64,000 nt of DNA from Massalongia carnosa (Eukaryota), in NCBI GenBank assembly GCA_965645245.1, contig OZ287074.1, positions 248,001-312,000 on the forward strand, written 5' to 3'. The notes below the pieces were generated by a model that was given only the letters and a program-made list of their open reading frames with translations, did not search any database and was not told the DNA's origin. Below, in pieces: positions 24,963 through 36,080 of the stretch. The position numbers and the translations under genes are program-made. Numbering within the stretch: position 1 is the stretch's first letter; each line of letters starts with the position of its first letter.

Positions 24963-27900
24963 TACTTCATGAGCAGCGTTGCGTCGAGATCGGGTGAGGA
25001 GAATGCAAGAGGAATTTGGATTTTGCAGCGGTATCGTTACCACGCTTACTCCGAGAGCTTACGAATCTGATGGTATTTCGCGGAAGCTTTCATTAAGTAT
25101 TTATCCAGGGTTTTTCCCTGCAGTATTGTTAACCGCTCCTATACCTCGTTTCGGGTTTTAGCGGGGTTCTGGTGTTGTATTCTTCGGCGTTATGGCAACA
25201 TTACGTACTTTTTCTGACTTTTTAGCCTTGGGTTTCTTCGGGATACTAAAATGCTAGAGGAGAGACGTCAAGATTTTGGGGCAGGCATCTGGAGAATTTC
25301 TTGGCCAACGAAGCGCAGCACCACACTCGGTCTTACTTTTTTTTGTCCTAAAGATTTCAGATGAACACCAGGCAGTTGTCTCTTGCAGTCTCTCTTACCG
25401 GTTTTGAATTACCCGTGTGATCCTTCGTTTAAGCGAGACACCAAATTCGTATCAAACACAGGACTTCTTTATTCACTTTTTCGGTTGCACACATTATATC
25501 TAACTCATGGAAGGCCCATTAACAGATATCTATGACTCTATGCGTGTCAACCAACCAGTGGCGTGTATATATGGAATGAAAAAGGCGCATGGCTCTGATA
25601 CGATATCCATACATCTCTCTAAATACCTCGCAGCGTTGTCACCATGCCAATCGTTCAGACAGAGTTTCCACGCCTGTATCTTGTCCACAGTAACACCACT
25701 TAATCATCGTCGCCCCTGCCTCAGTTGAGATCGGCACATTTTGGTCCCGAAAGGCGGGATAGTCCTCGGTAGCAACATTAGAGGCAAATCACAAGGCTGC
25801 ATTTGTTCTCGCCTGATGGTTTATTACTTAGTGTCGGATGTTAGGTACGCGGGGAGTCCACGGAATATTGGACGAAAACCTGCAGAGCGGTGGGGACCTT
25901 TGTTGCCTAGACCTGGTCCGTGTCGCAATGAGTCCTTTTGCCCAAGCAAAGTGCAGGGAGAAAGCGCTGATTCTTCGAAGCTTTTGCGGACGCGCGGACA
26001 TAGATAATGTGTGTTTCACCATCGAGCACCAAGTAGGTAGGAACTCTATACTCTACATTTATGGAGGAACGACGAAAGCCTCGAAACACGTGGCAGATGT
26101 TTCATGTTTCGTTGCGTTGGGAAGAGCCAAGAATAAAGCAGCCCTAAAACAAAATCCAGCAACTAGACCTAACAAATAACCTTTGGTGCCTCGGTATAAC
26201 CCAAGTCTGGGCTGTAACAAACTCTGTATGCCTTCGAGCCATGAACCGACGACGGCAACATCCCTGTTCCCGGCTTCGTGATCCTTCAGCTGAACCGAGC
26301 TCTTTTTAAAGCTGATTTTGAAGATTGACAGCGAACAATACGCAAGTGATCCTCGTTTAAACATCCCGGTTTGCTGTACCCAGAGACCTTGATAAGGAAA
26401 ACTCAGCTAGCCCCTCTTTGGCTGAACCTTATTCGGAACCTAAACTTGCAAGCGTGTTATGATGTACCTTGGCTACCGGAGTGCGTTCGGCAGTCAAACC
26501 CAAGGGCGGATTTTCCATGTGATTACCCATTGGAGACTCCGGCAACTCCAGTAAAAAACAAACACAAAAGTCTTTAGGAGCTATTTTAGCCCAGAAGGAT
26601 GAGCGGCATGGTGAGTATTGGTCGTGAAGACGTTAAGGCTTCAAGATGCCGGAGGAAGTTTCAGCCTTATTTTATGGTTTCACCCGGAGTACTCCGTACA
26701 TCAATATCATCAATAAGTCGAAATCCGTATCCGAATGCAGGAGTACAGCATAGTCAGTCAAATACCAAAAAAAAAACCAAGATGACGGGGGCTTTTGCTA
26801 AGAGTATGGCTGGATTTTGGGCCAATTTAAAAAACAAAAAATCAAGAATTGATATCATGAGGAAACCGTAGGTGGACCAGAAGATTAGATAATACCAGCC
26901 TCAGTCTAACCGTATTGGTTACTTAAGACATTTAGCGGTGTCTTAAGCAATCTAGGCTAAACTATTATCACCTTAGCAGAAGGTGATCAGTTAAAGGGAA
27001 AGACTGCTATGTAGCAACCTCTGCAGCCTACGCATCATCGTCATACATGTCATTTATTATATAGCCATAGTCATAGTCATATACCTATTTCAACAGTTGT
27101 TATCATCCTCATGGGTGTAAATAGCAGCTCTGAACGATAACGACGGTTGGGGTTCTGTTCAGATACCCAAATTCGTGAATTCGTAGCAAGTAATCTGCCT
27201 CTTAAAGCAATACAGAAGACTAGCAAGCATATCCTCGAATGGAAAATGGTACTTGATTGATCCCCATGGTACGAGCATGTCCGGTTTGCAGATATCAGAC
27301 AGATGGACTTAGCAACAGTGGTTGGTAAATGGCAGGCTATATGTAGTAGCAACGAACAGTTTCTCGGAGCATCCGCATCACAACTCCTGAAATCCATACC
27401 CACTATCCAGCAACAGCGGTTCCCACAACGACAAGTCATACGCTCAAGAAAAAGAGGAACCGTCAGACCCTACTCTAGCACTGAAATCTATCTGGCGAAC
27501 CGATTTGGCTCTGAACTCGGCATGAGACAGCTTTGACAGCTAAGAAAAGGCCGCCCATCTTCTTCAGGGCATCTGTGGATTCATTTAACGCGCCTTAATC
27601 GTGCAGAGATTCCGGATGGGGGTTTCTGGAGATCGGGAGATTCGGTGAACGAAATAGTCTACGTGGTGTTAATGAGCTTTGGGAAAGAACGGATATCCGG
27701 TCTTTTTGATTTTGGGGTCAGGGAGGTTTTTTCTTTCGGCTTCGTCGCGAAACACTGAAAGGTGTTTCAGACATGGTTTATTCTTCCCATGGATTTGTAT
27801 TATTTCGGCCATAGAAGACGAGAGGCCTGACGCAGCATTGAAAGCACTAGCAAGGTGGTGGGTGGCAATGGTCGTCAGTATCGTCGTGGATCTTTCATGC

Positions 27901-28223
27901 TGCGTTAGCCAAAGAAGGATTTTTGGAAGTCGGATCGTTTCAGTTTGCATCGTGTTAAGCAGCTTCTTGGTTTATCTTGGTAGTTATTAAAATATATACC
28001 CATGATGCCTGTTCCCTCATATACCTATTATACACCAAGATTTCCCTTCTCGGACCAGCATTTCCGCTGTCCGCTTCTCCATGCCGGCTTTTCCCTTCTT
28101 CCTCTCAAAGTAATGTGGCTCCGCCACTCGATTGATAAGTAGAGACAAATACTCATCAGCGCCGCGATTTGGAAGAAGTGATCCATTGTTGGTTAATATT
28201 CTGGTTTTTGCATGCAGCTGCAG

Positions 28224-29231
28224 CTATGCGGCTGAGCCAACGGGTAGTTCATGACTTCTACCAGGACCTAGCTCGTGATTTTGCTCTGCTGCATTCATTT
28301 CCAGGGAAGTTGAACGCTGGCCTAACGATTTCTCTATCCGATGTCCCCCTGCAGTGATTTGGTCTTGCAGTTCCCTTAATTTTCTATTGGTGCGCCGACG
28401 GTATCTGATAAACCCCAGTAACAAAAGTATGAAGGCTAGCGAGACAACTGAAACGGGTGCACCAACCGCGGCACCAAGGTTTGTGTTTTTTGACTTTGAG
28501 GCGGAAATGACCGTCGGTGTCGCAGCAGTAGAAGCGGCTGAAGCTGAACTCGACTTTGGCAGCTGAAGACTCGACGGTGGAGGGGTTGATGAAGAAGCAG
28601 TAGATCGAGAAGCTAGGGTATTTGATGAATGATCAACATCAGACGGATATTGGCCACAGAATTAAATGCTTACATGGTGCCGATGTACTTTGACTAGTCG
28701 TTGACGCCAATCTGCCAGGGAAGGGAATCGTGGATACCAACGCACGCGGGCTCGGGAAGGTAACGTTTCCCTTAGAGCAGTCGCAAGCTACGTTGCTATC
28801 TTGACAGCACCACGAATCGGCATGAGGATCTTTGCAGTCATCCATCACCCCTGCGCCATCCTTTTTATCTAGATTCGGGCAAGGAATCAGACCTAACCAA
28901 AACGCGAACGCTTGCGCAAACCAAGAGGTGGGAGCATACTCAGGCAAAAGTTAGGGCATGCGGACGACTTCCATGTTACGTCGGTGCAGCTTCCCCGAAC
29001 ATATCCAGAGCCACCATCCCAACACAGCTTGTCGGACAGACAAGTGGCTTGTGGACCACAACAGAAACTGTCTTCAGTGCCGTTTCCTAGGCAAGGCTGA
29101 TCCGCGAAGAGTCTGGTTCCATCGGGGAAATAGCAAAGGGCAGCGACCTTCAGGCCAAGAAAGATGAGAAGACAGGCTTGGGTCGATATCCTCCACCGGA
29201 CAAGCTGCGTCGAGAGGGACATGCCGGACAT
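28224..29231 (-). CDS. Mid2-like single-pass cell-surface protein (Cys-rich ectodomain, S/T-rich stalk, TM helix, basic tail)
   Basis: CYFPDG...CCG..ATCLSDKLC...RGSCTDVTWKSSACPNFCL; SWCC; Ser/Thr stretch; LGAAVGAPVSVVSLAFILLLLGFIRYRRR. Two introns. Confidence 0.8.
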
Positions 29232-30079
29232 GGCCTCTCGCGGGAATTATGACGGTCAATCGGCTTAATGGCGCAAAAAATCCAGAAAAGCTGCTGCTTG
29301 TGTGGTGAAGTTGCCATGATGAGAGTCAAGCCGGAAAGGAGGCACAGCCTCTAAGCTCATCACCAACAGTCTTTAGAAGATATTAAAGGATCCGATACCC
29401 TATCCACGCGACGTATGCCACCTATGCAACCGGCGGCGAATGGGAGCTGACCCTTATGGGGACTAGATAGGGGCTAAGCCAAAGGGGGATTAACTTATGC
29501 TGGCTGAAACGTAGATCTTATCTAGTCATATCTCTAGTGAACGCTTCTTTACTCTGTTGGCTGATAGATTATCCAACATCGCAAGGCGAACCGAGCCAAG
29601 CGATATACAACTAGATGCATGGACTCAAATATATAAACTCCTAGAGCGCTAAATATTTTCACTCCCGTCTTGACGACTTCTTTATCGTCTTGAATCATTA
29701 ATTTAGATTCTTATTGCTTTTCAAATACTTTCTCTGACATTTATATTAGTTCAAATTATGTACATGATTATACACAAACAGAATTATTGAAAGCGCTGTT
29801 GGGGAAAAATTAAAGAATTTCGTAAGACTTCAAAAGAAACGCGACTCAGTCGATCGATAGGAAAATATCACGACGAGATGTTCATCTTTCTTCATCAATC
29901 TAGATATGTTTACTCCATTCTCCCGGAAAACCCGTTTCATTGGATGACTATATCTTGCAGTCGTCAGCTGCAACGGTGTCTTTCCATCCAAGTTTCGTGC
30001 CTGACTGTTTGCTCCATATTTGAGTAGTAATTGCACCACGGCTCGATAATTATTTCGGGCGGCAGTATGCAATGCCGTG

Positions 30080-30296
30080 ATCGGTCCTCCTCCTTCTACA
30101 CCATCGGTCCTCCTCCTTCTACACCATCGGTCCTCCTCCTTCTACACCATCGGTCCTCCTCCTTCTACACCATCGGTCCTCCTCCTTCTACACCATCGGT
30201 CCTCCTCCTTCTACACCATCGGTCCTCCTCCTTCTACACCATCGGTCCTCCTCCTTCTACACCATCGGTCCTCCCCCTTCTACACCATCGGTCCTC
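30080..30296. repeat. 23-bp tandem repeat ATCGGTCCTCCTCCTTCTACACC, 9 full copies plus a partial copy
   Basis: Unit starts at 30080, 30103, 30126 ... 30287. Confidence 0.97.
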
Positions 30297-30734
30297 ACCA
30301 CGGAGACGCCAAAGGCCTCACCGTGGGGCGACCGTCAAACATAGATTTGCTCCCATCTCTTCGCATCAAAACAATGCTAATTTAACGCGTTCACACGCGT
30401 CGCAGACGTACGTACGGAAGAGGATTCGAAGGCCAACCGCCGGAGGGTCGCATGCGCGCGTCCCTGCACCATGCTTCTAAGGGTTCAAGTCCCTTTATGC
30501 AGTCATCAGCTGGAAGAAGATGTGGACAAAAGGAGCCGCATCACCCCCCACCCGGGCACAGTCGACACGTGTTCTAGCTCCTGAGAGTTCAAGTCTCCCC
30601 ATGCAGTCATCAGCTGGAATCAACAGAACGCGGACAGGCACCGGGGCGAAGCCACCTCAAGAAAACTCCATCACGGAGCGGAATAACAATATCTCATTTA
30701 ACAGGCCCGGCCTGTTAAATAAAATCGAGGAAAA

Positions 30735-30850
30735 CACAGAGTCACAGAACACATAGTCATAAATCACACAGTCACAAAGCACACAGTTACAAAGCACAGT
30801 CACAAAGCACGCAATCACAAAGCACACAGTCATAAAGCACACAGTCACAG
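30735..30850. repeat. Degenerate ~15-bp tandem repeat (CACAGTCACAAAGCA), about 8 copies
   Basis: Directly visible in the sequence. Confidence 0.85.
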
Positions 30851-31990
30851 ATCAATAACATGTCCCTGTGAAGGGGGTTCTGCGGGGGCTCGTTAAGGCA
30901 GATCTGCACCCCGTTAATATCGGAGTACATATTTTTAGAGGTTCAAGTCCTTTCTAGCAGTCATCAGCTGAAAATAATGCATTTTGACAAGGGCATGGTG
31001 TGGATTTGACACGGGTAGACCTCGATGGATCACAAAACGAATGAAAAGAGTTCAGCGGAACTTAGTTAATATTGTTCTCGAAGATCTCGTTAATAAGATT
31101 TTCATAGACCTCGTTAACAACGTTCGATCATACTCTTAAAGGTTCAAGTCCTTTCATGCAGTCATCGGCTCAGAGCTAGAGACGTATGACACGGGTCAGC
31201 TATGTCTATCACACGGGTCTCCTTCGTCTACAACACGGAGCCCTCCGGCTGAAAGAAATAAAACATATATACACATAGTGTGGGGTCACACCCTGCACGA
31301 TACAAGGGATTTGGGTTATGAAAACCATCCGACTGATGGCTACCGTGAGCAACACGGCCCGAACCGGGGTCGCACCGGGGATGGTGGAGGCAACCTAGTC
31401 ATCAAATAGGACACCTTTGGGACAAGAAGAGGGCAATATACGAGGAACCCGTTAATTGATAACAGTCTAGGCCCTGAGCTAATAGACGAATTTCAAACGA
31501 GCACCCCTCCGAGTTGTCCTCGACTCGTTTTGGTTAGTAGGGACGGAAAATCGGTACTATACTGCTTGGTCAGGAGCATAGTGGCCGAAATCCCCGCGAG
31601 ACATGGTCGGTTCATAAACGGGAGACCTTTATGAATAACGCGAAGTGGGCGTAACAAACCCATGAGGCGTGGTATGCAATGGCGGCCACCGTACGGAAAC
31701 CCTCTGCATAGCCCGAGAGGACAGTATGCGCATGTCGGTGTATATAGAGCAGGGAATGTCTATCTCGCTCGTAACGAGACCCGTCGGTTCGCCGGCGCTG
31801 GGGCTACGGCTAGACTCGCCCTTGATATATGCTTGAGGAGTAAACTGGGTTTGGCCTAGGCGAAAGGGACGTCGTTCACCCCAATCGTAGAATTCATCAA
31901 TAGTCTTGGGCCGTAAAACGCACCAGTGAGATGAACAAAAACTCGGATAGAGACTTCACGAAGGAGATGTCAGCTCTATTTTATCATTCT

Positions 31991-34211
31991 TAGCCACACT
32001 TTTAAGCATGGACGTCGCCGGCGCCTTTGATACAGTTTTGTCACGGTTCAACCACATCCACCCAAGGCCAATCAAAGGAAAGTACGGCATCTGCCGGCGC
32101 ACTAACCGCTTCCGTTACTCAACCCTTTTAGCAATCATAGGGGCAATGAACGGAGGTCTGAAAGGACTGAAATGGACGCATCGGAACGACCTTCTAAAGC
32201 AAACACAAATGGGGACAAAGAGCAGAAAGACTGTTTGACCAAACTGTTCACTTATTGATGAAGACACAAGCAGCTGGATCGGGCCAAGCGATTATCTATA
32301 TAGATTCCTAGAGAGGGCACCCTTTGCTTGTTTCCTTTCTGCATCTTTGATATTTTCTAGTGCATAGCTTCCCAGTAGGTAGTCAATTCCACATCCTGGT
32401 TGAACCGTCACACGTTTCACATCAAAGACTAACGCACAATCTACGTAAAGAAAAATCCCGAAATGGATTACTGATTGGTTAAACAGCTTTTTAAATGATC
32501 GTAGCACAACTCTAGCTATAAATCGAAAAGCGACCGGATGATTCGCGGTGAGAACTGGCATACCACAGGGCTCCACTCTCTCATCCATCCTTTATCTATT
32601 CTATAATGCAGACCTATTGGAAATATGTGAGCGACCAGGCACAAACACAAGTGCCATAGGATTTGTAGACGATGCCAACATTTTGGCATACGGAAAAAGC
32701 ACCGAAGAGAATTACAAGACTCTGGAGTCAATACACAGACAATGCGAAAAGTGGGCTTCCCGACACGGATCTCTATTCGCTCCGACGAAGTACGAACTCA
32801 TTCACTTGTCTAGAAATCCCAAAAGATTCAATATGGCTGCATCTATCAACATTGCAAGCACCGAAATTGAACCAAAAACGGACATTAGAGTCTTAGGCTT
32901 GCAAATTGACACCAAATTGAAATGGGAACCGCACGTTCGCAAAACGCAAAAGAAAATGGTTAAACAATCCATGGCATTGACAAAAATCTCCACATCGACT
33001 TGGGGTGCCACCTTCACCAAAGCAAGGCAAGTTTACAGCGCCGTAGTGCGTCCGGTCATGACATACGGGTCAACCGTATGGCACATGCCCAAAGAAGTCA
33101 AAAAGTCAAAAACGTCAACGAGCAAGCTCTCCGTTATGCAAAACAACTGCCTTCGCATCATAGCCGGTGCCTTTAAAGCCACTCCCATTCCAGTTCTTGA
33201 AGCAGAGACATACATAGCACCCATAGATGTACACCTCGACACCCTACAGGCGCAGGCCAGACATCGACTCCGAGCCGGAGGTCAATCAAAGGTCATTTCT
33301 TCCGCATGCAGCAAAATAGTTAACAAACTCCGAGGCAAGGCAGGTCGCAAACGCCTTCAAAAACCACTCCGGGAGAGCTGAAGCACACCTGGGCCAAAAA
33401 CCTACTGATCGACGCAAAAATCGTTCAACCACCCAAAGCACACCCACCATAGTCCGACCCCTCCCCAGCGCATCTCCGCGAAGTCTCCGTAGCACCGTTG
33501 GCTCGTCAAAAACAAATGCAGACAATTAAAGCACGACAGCTGAAAGTCTGGAACGACTCGTGGAGCGCATATCAAAATCGCGTCACCGAACCTTCCATAG
33601 CCCAATCAGTCCCACTGAGCAAAAAACGACTGAAAATACACACGCTGCTAAAAAAGGCAGAAAGCGCCCTGACAACACAGATCTGCACCGGTAAGATCGG
33701 TCTAGCTGACTTCCTCTACCAGCGACGGGTCCCCGCCGTCACCTCACCGGCCTGCTCATGTGGCTGGCACAGACAAACTCCAGAACACGTAATTATGTTC
33801 TGTAGACTTATTGACAATAAATAACAGATATTTCGCGCCGCTGGCACGAACAACTATCAACAGCTGACCGAAACATCAAAAACTCTAAAGATATTAACTA
33901 CTTGGCTAATGAAAACAGGTCTACTGACCCAATTCTCACTGGCATCTACACTATTGTACAATTAACAGTAGCTTCACTTCTCTTTTCCTTCTTATCTCAC
34001 AAGGCGTCACAGTTCTCACATGATTTTCGCTCTGCGTCTCCTGTCCGACGTCGACCCGGTGTCACATCGGACAGGTATCAAGGGATATGGTTTTTACACC
34101 TGAAAAAGGTTTTCCATGTAACATAACTTAGATAGCTTTGCCCGCATGGGCCGGCCTACGGCCGGTGACATATCGGAGTATGAATACATCGTCATCATTA
34201 TCATCATCATC
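31991..34211 (+). mobile_element. LINE family A 3' portion (RT to 3' tail), degenerate
   Basis: LLSMDVAGAFD, GIPQGSTLS, GFVDDA, CSCGWHRQTPEHVIMFC; highly similar to the reverse complement of 7779..9557. Confidence 0.92.
32039..32412. mobile_element. Probable solo LTR (374 bp) inserted in the LINE RT
   Basis: TG...CA ends with terminal inverted repeat TGTCACGGTTCAACCA / TGGTTGAACCGTCACA; 5-bp TSD AGTTT/CGTTT. The other LINE copy reads GATACAGTTTCACATC uninterrupted. Confidence 0.8.
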
Positions 34212-34239
34212 ATGCAATGCCGTCTCTCGATCTCGATCT

Positions 34240-36080
34240 TTCGCGTGCACATCAACCCCTTTTTCTAATAACAGCTATACTATTTGTCCCGATCCTCTCT
34301 TGGCTGAAAGGAAAAGCGCGTCATTTCCAAGGTCATCTTTTGCTTTGCTGTCTGCCCCATTTTCTAGTAACAGCTTCGTTATGGTTTCGTATCCGTATCT
34401 GGCTGCACATAGAAGTGGTGTTTTTCCTCCACGACCTCGAGTTTCTATATCTGCCCCTTTTTCTAATAACAGCTGTACTATTTGTCGCGAGCTACCCCTG
34501 GCTGAAAGGAAAAGCGCGTCATTTCCATCGTCATCTTTTGCTTTGATGTCTGCCCCCTTTTCTAGTAACAGCTTCACCGTGGGTTCGTCTATGAGTTTGA
34601 CTGCAAGAAGAAGTGGTGTTATTCCTCTGTAACCTCGAGTTTCTATGTCTGCCCCTTTTTCTAGTAACAGCTGTACTTTTTCTGCCACTTTTTCTGCCAC
34701 TTTTTGTCTCGATCGTGTCTTGATTGAAAAAGAAAGCGCTTCTTCTCCACAGTTATCTTTTGCTTTGATGTCTGCCCCCTTTTCTAGTAACAGCTTCACC
34801 GTGGGTTCGTCTCCGAGATAGGCTGCAATAAGAAGTGGTGTTCTTCCTTCGGGACCTCGAGTTTCTATGTCTGCCCCTTTTTCTAATAATAGCTGTACTA
34901 TTTGTCCCGATCTTCTCCCGGCTGAAAGAAAAAGCGCGTCATTTCCATCGTCATCTTTTGCTTTGATGTCTGCCCCCTTTCCTAGTAACAGCTTCACCAT
35001 GGGTTCGTCTCCGTAACAGGCTGCATATAGAAGTGGTGTTTTTCCTTTGTGACCTCGAGTTTCTATGTCTACCCCTTTTTCTAATAACAGCTGTACTATT
35101 TGTCCCGATCCTCTCATGACTGAAAGAAAAAGCGCGTCTTTTCCATCGTCATCTTTTGCTTTGATGTCTGCCCCCTTTTCTAGTAACAGCTTAATCATGG
35201 TTTCGTCTCCGTGATTGGCTACATATAGAAGTGGTGTTTTTCCTCCGCGACCTCGAGTTTCTATGTCTGCCCCTTTTTCTAATAACAGCTGTATTATTTG
35301 TCGCGATCTACTCCAGGTTGAAAGGCAAAGCGCGTCATTTCCAGCGTCATCTTTTGCTTTGATGTCTGCCCCCTTTTCTAGTAACAGCTTCACCGTGGGT
35401 TCGTCTCCGAGATAGGCTGCAATAAGAAGTGGTGTTCTTCCTTCGGGACCTCGAGTTTCTATGTCTGCCCCTTTTTCTAATAATAGCTGTACTATTTGTC
35501 CCGATCTTCTCCCGGCTGAAAGAAAAAGCGCGTCATTTCCATCGTCATCTTTTGCTTTGATGTCTGCCCCCTTTTCTAGTAACAGCTTCATCATAGTTTC
35601 GTCTCCGTAATTGGCTGCATATAGAAGTGGTGTTTTTCCTCCGTGACCTCGAGTTTCTATGTCTGCCCCTTTTTCTAATAACAGCTGTACTATTTGTCCC
35701 GATCCTCTCCTGACTGAAAAGAAAAGCGCGTCATTTCCATCGTGATCTTTTGCTTTGATGTCTGCCCCCTTTTCTAGTAACAGCTTCATCATGATTTCGT
35801 CTCCGTATCTGGCTGCAAGTAGAAGTGGTGTTTTTCCTCCGTGACCTCGAGTTTCTATGTCTGCCCCTTTTTCTAATAACAGCTGTATTATTTGTCGCGA
35901 TCTACTCCAGGTTGAAAGGCAAAGCGCGTCATTTCCAGCGTCATCTTTTGCTTTGATGTCTGCCCCCTTTTCTAGTAACAGCTTCATCATGGTTCGGTCT
36001 CCGTAATTGGCTGCATATAGAAGTGGTGTTTTTCCTCCGCGACCTCGAGTTTCTATGTCTGCCCCTTTTTCTAATAACAG
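34240..36080 (-). repeat. 198-bp (two-ankyrin) coding tandem repeat, 9 units
   Basis: Near-identical DNA units; a block at about 34801..34980 recurs at +594 bp. Confidence 0.93.

Larger units (their letters stand above)
30079..34211 (+). mobile_element. Composite retro-insertion: 1.9-kb non-coding module fused to the 3' half of LINE family A
   Basis: 12-bp TSD ATGCAATGCCGT at 30067..30078 and 34212..34223. Similarity to the LINE copy at 7.8-9.6 kb starts at 31991; (ATC)n tail. Confidence 0.88.

Noticed and set aside
25500..28000. Short ORFs in this interval (likewise 40600-41500 and 58500-60400)
   Set aside because: No recognisable motifs or consistent splice model.
29390..29460. HDV-like ribozyme (GGCGAATGGG)
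   Set aside because: Could not build the P1/P3 nested pseudoknot.
30080..30296. CRISPR array
   Set aside because: Contiguous tandem units with no spacers; eukaryotic context; no cas genes.
30031..30480. Repetitive ORFs (HHRSSSFYTIGPPPSTPSV)
   Set aside because: Artefact of translating a stop-free 23-bp repeat.
30474..31175. Complete tRNA genes or canonical hammerhead ribozymes
   Set aside because: No D or anticodon arms, matching 5' acceptor strand or clear A-box. The hammerhead GAAA is missing in two copies and stem I is out of register. Kept only as an unclassified motif.
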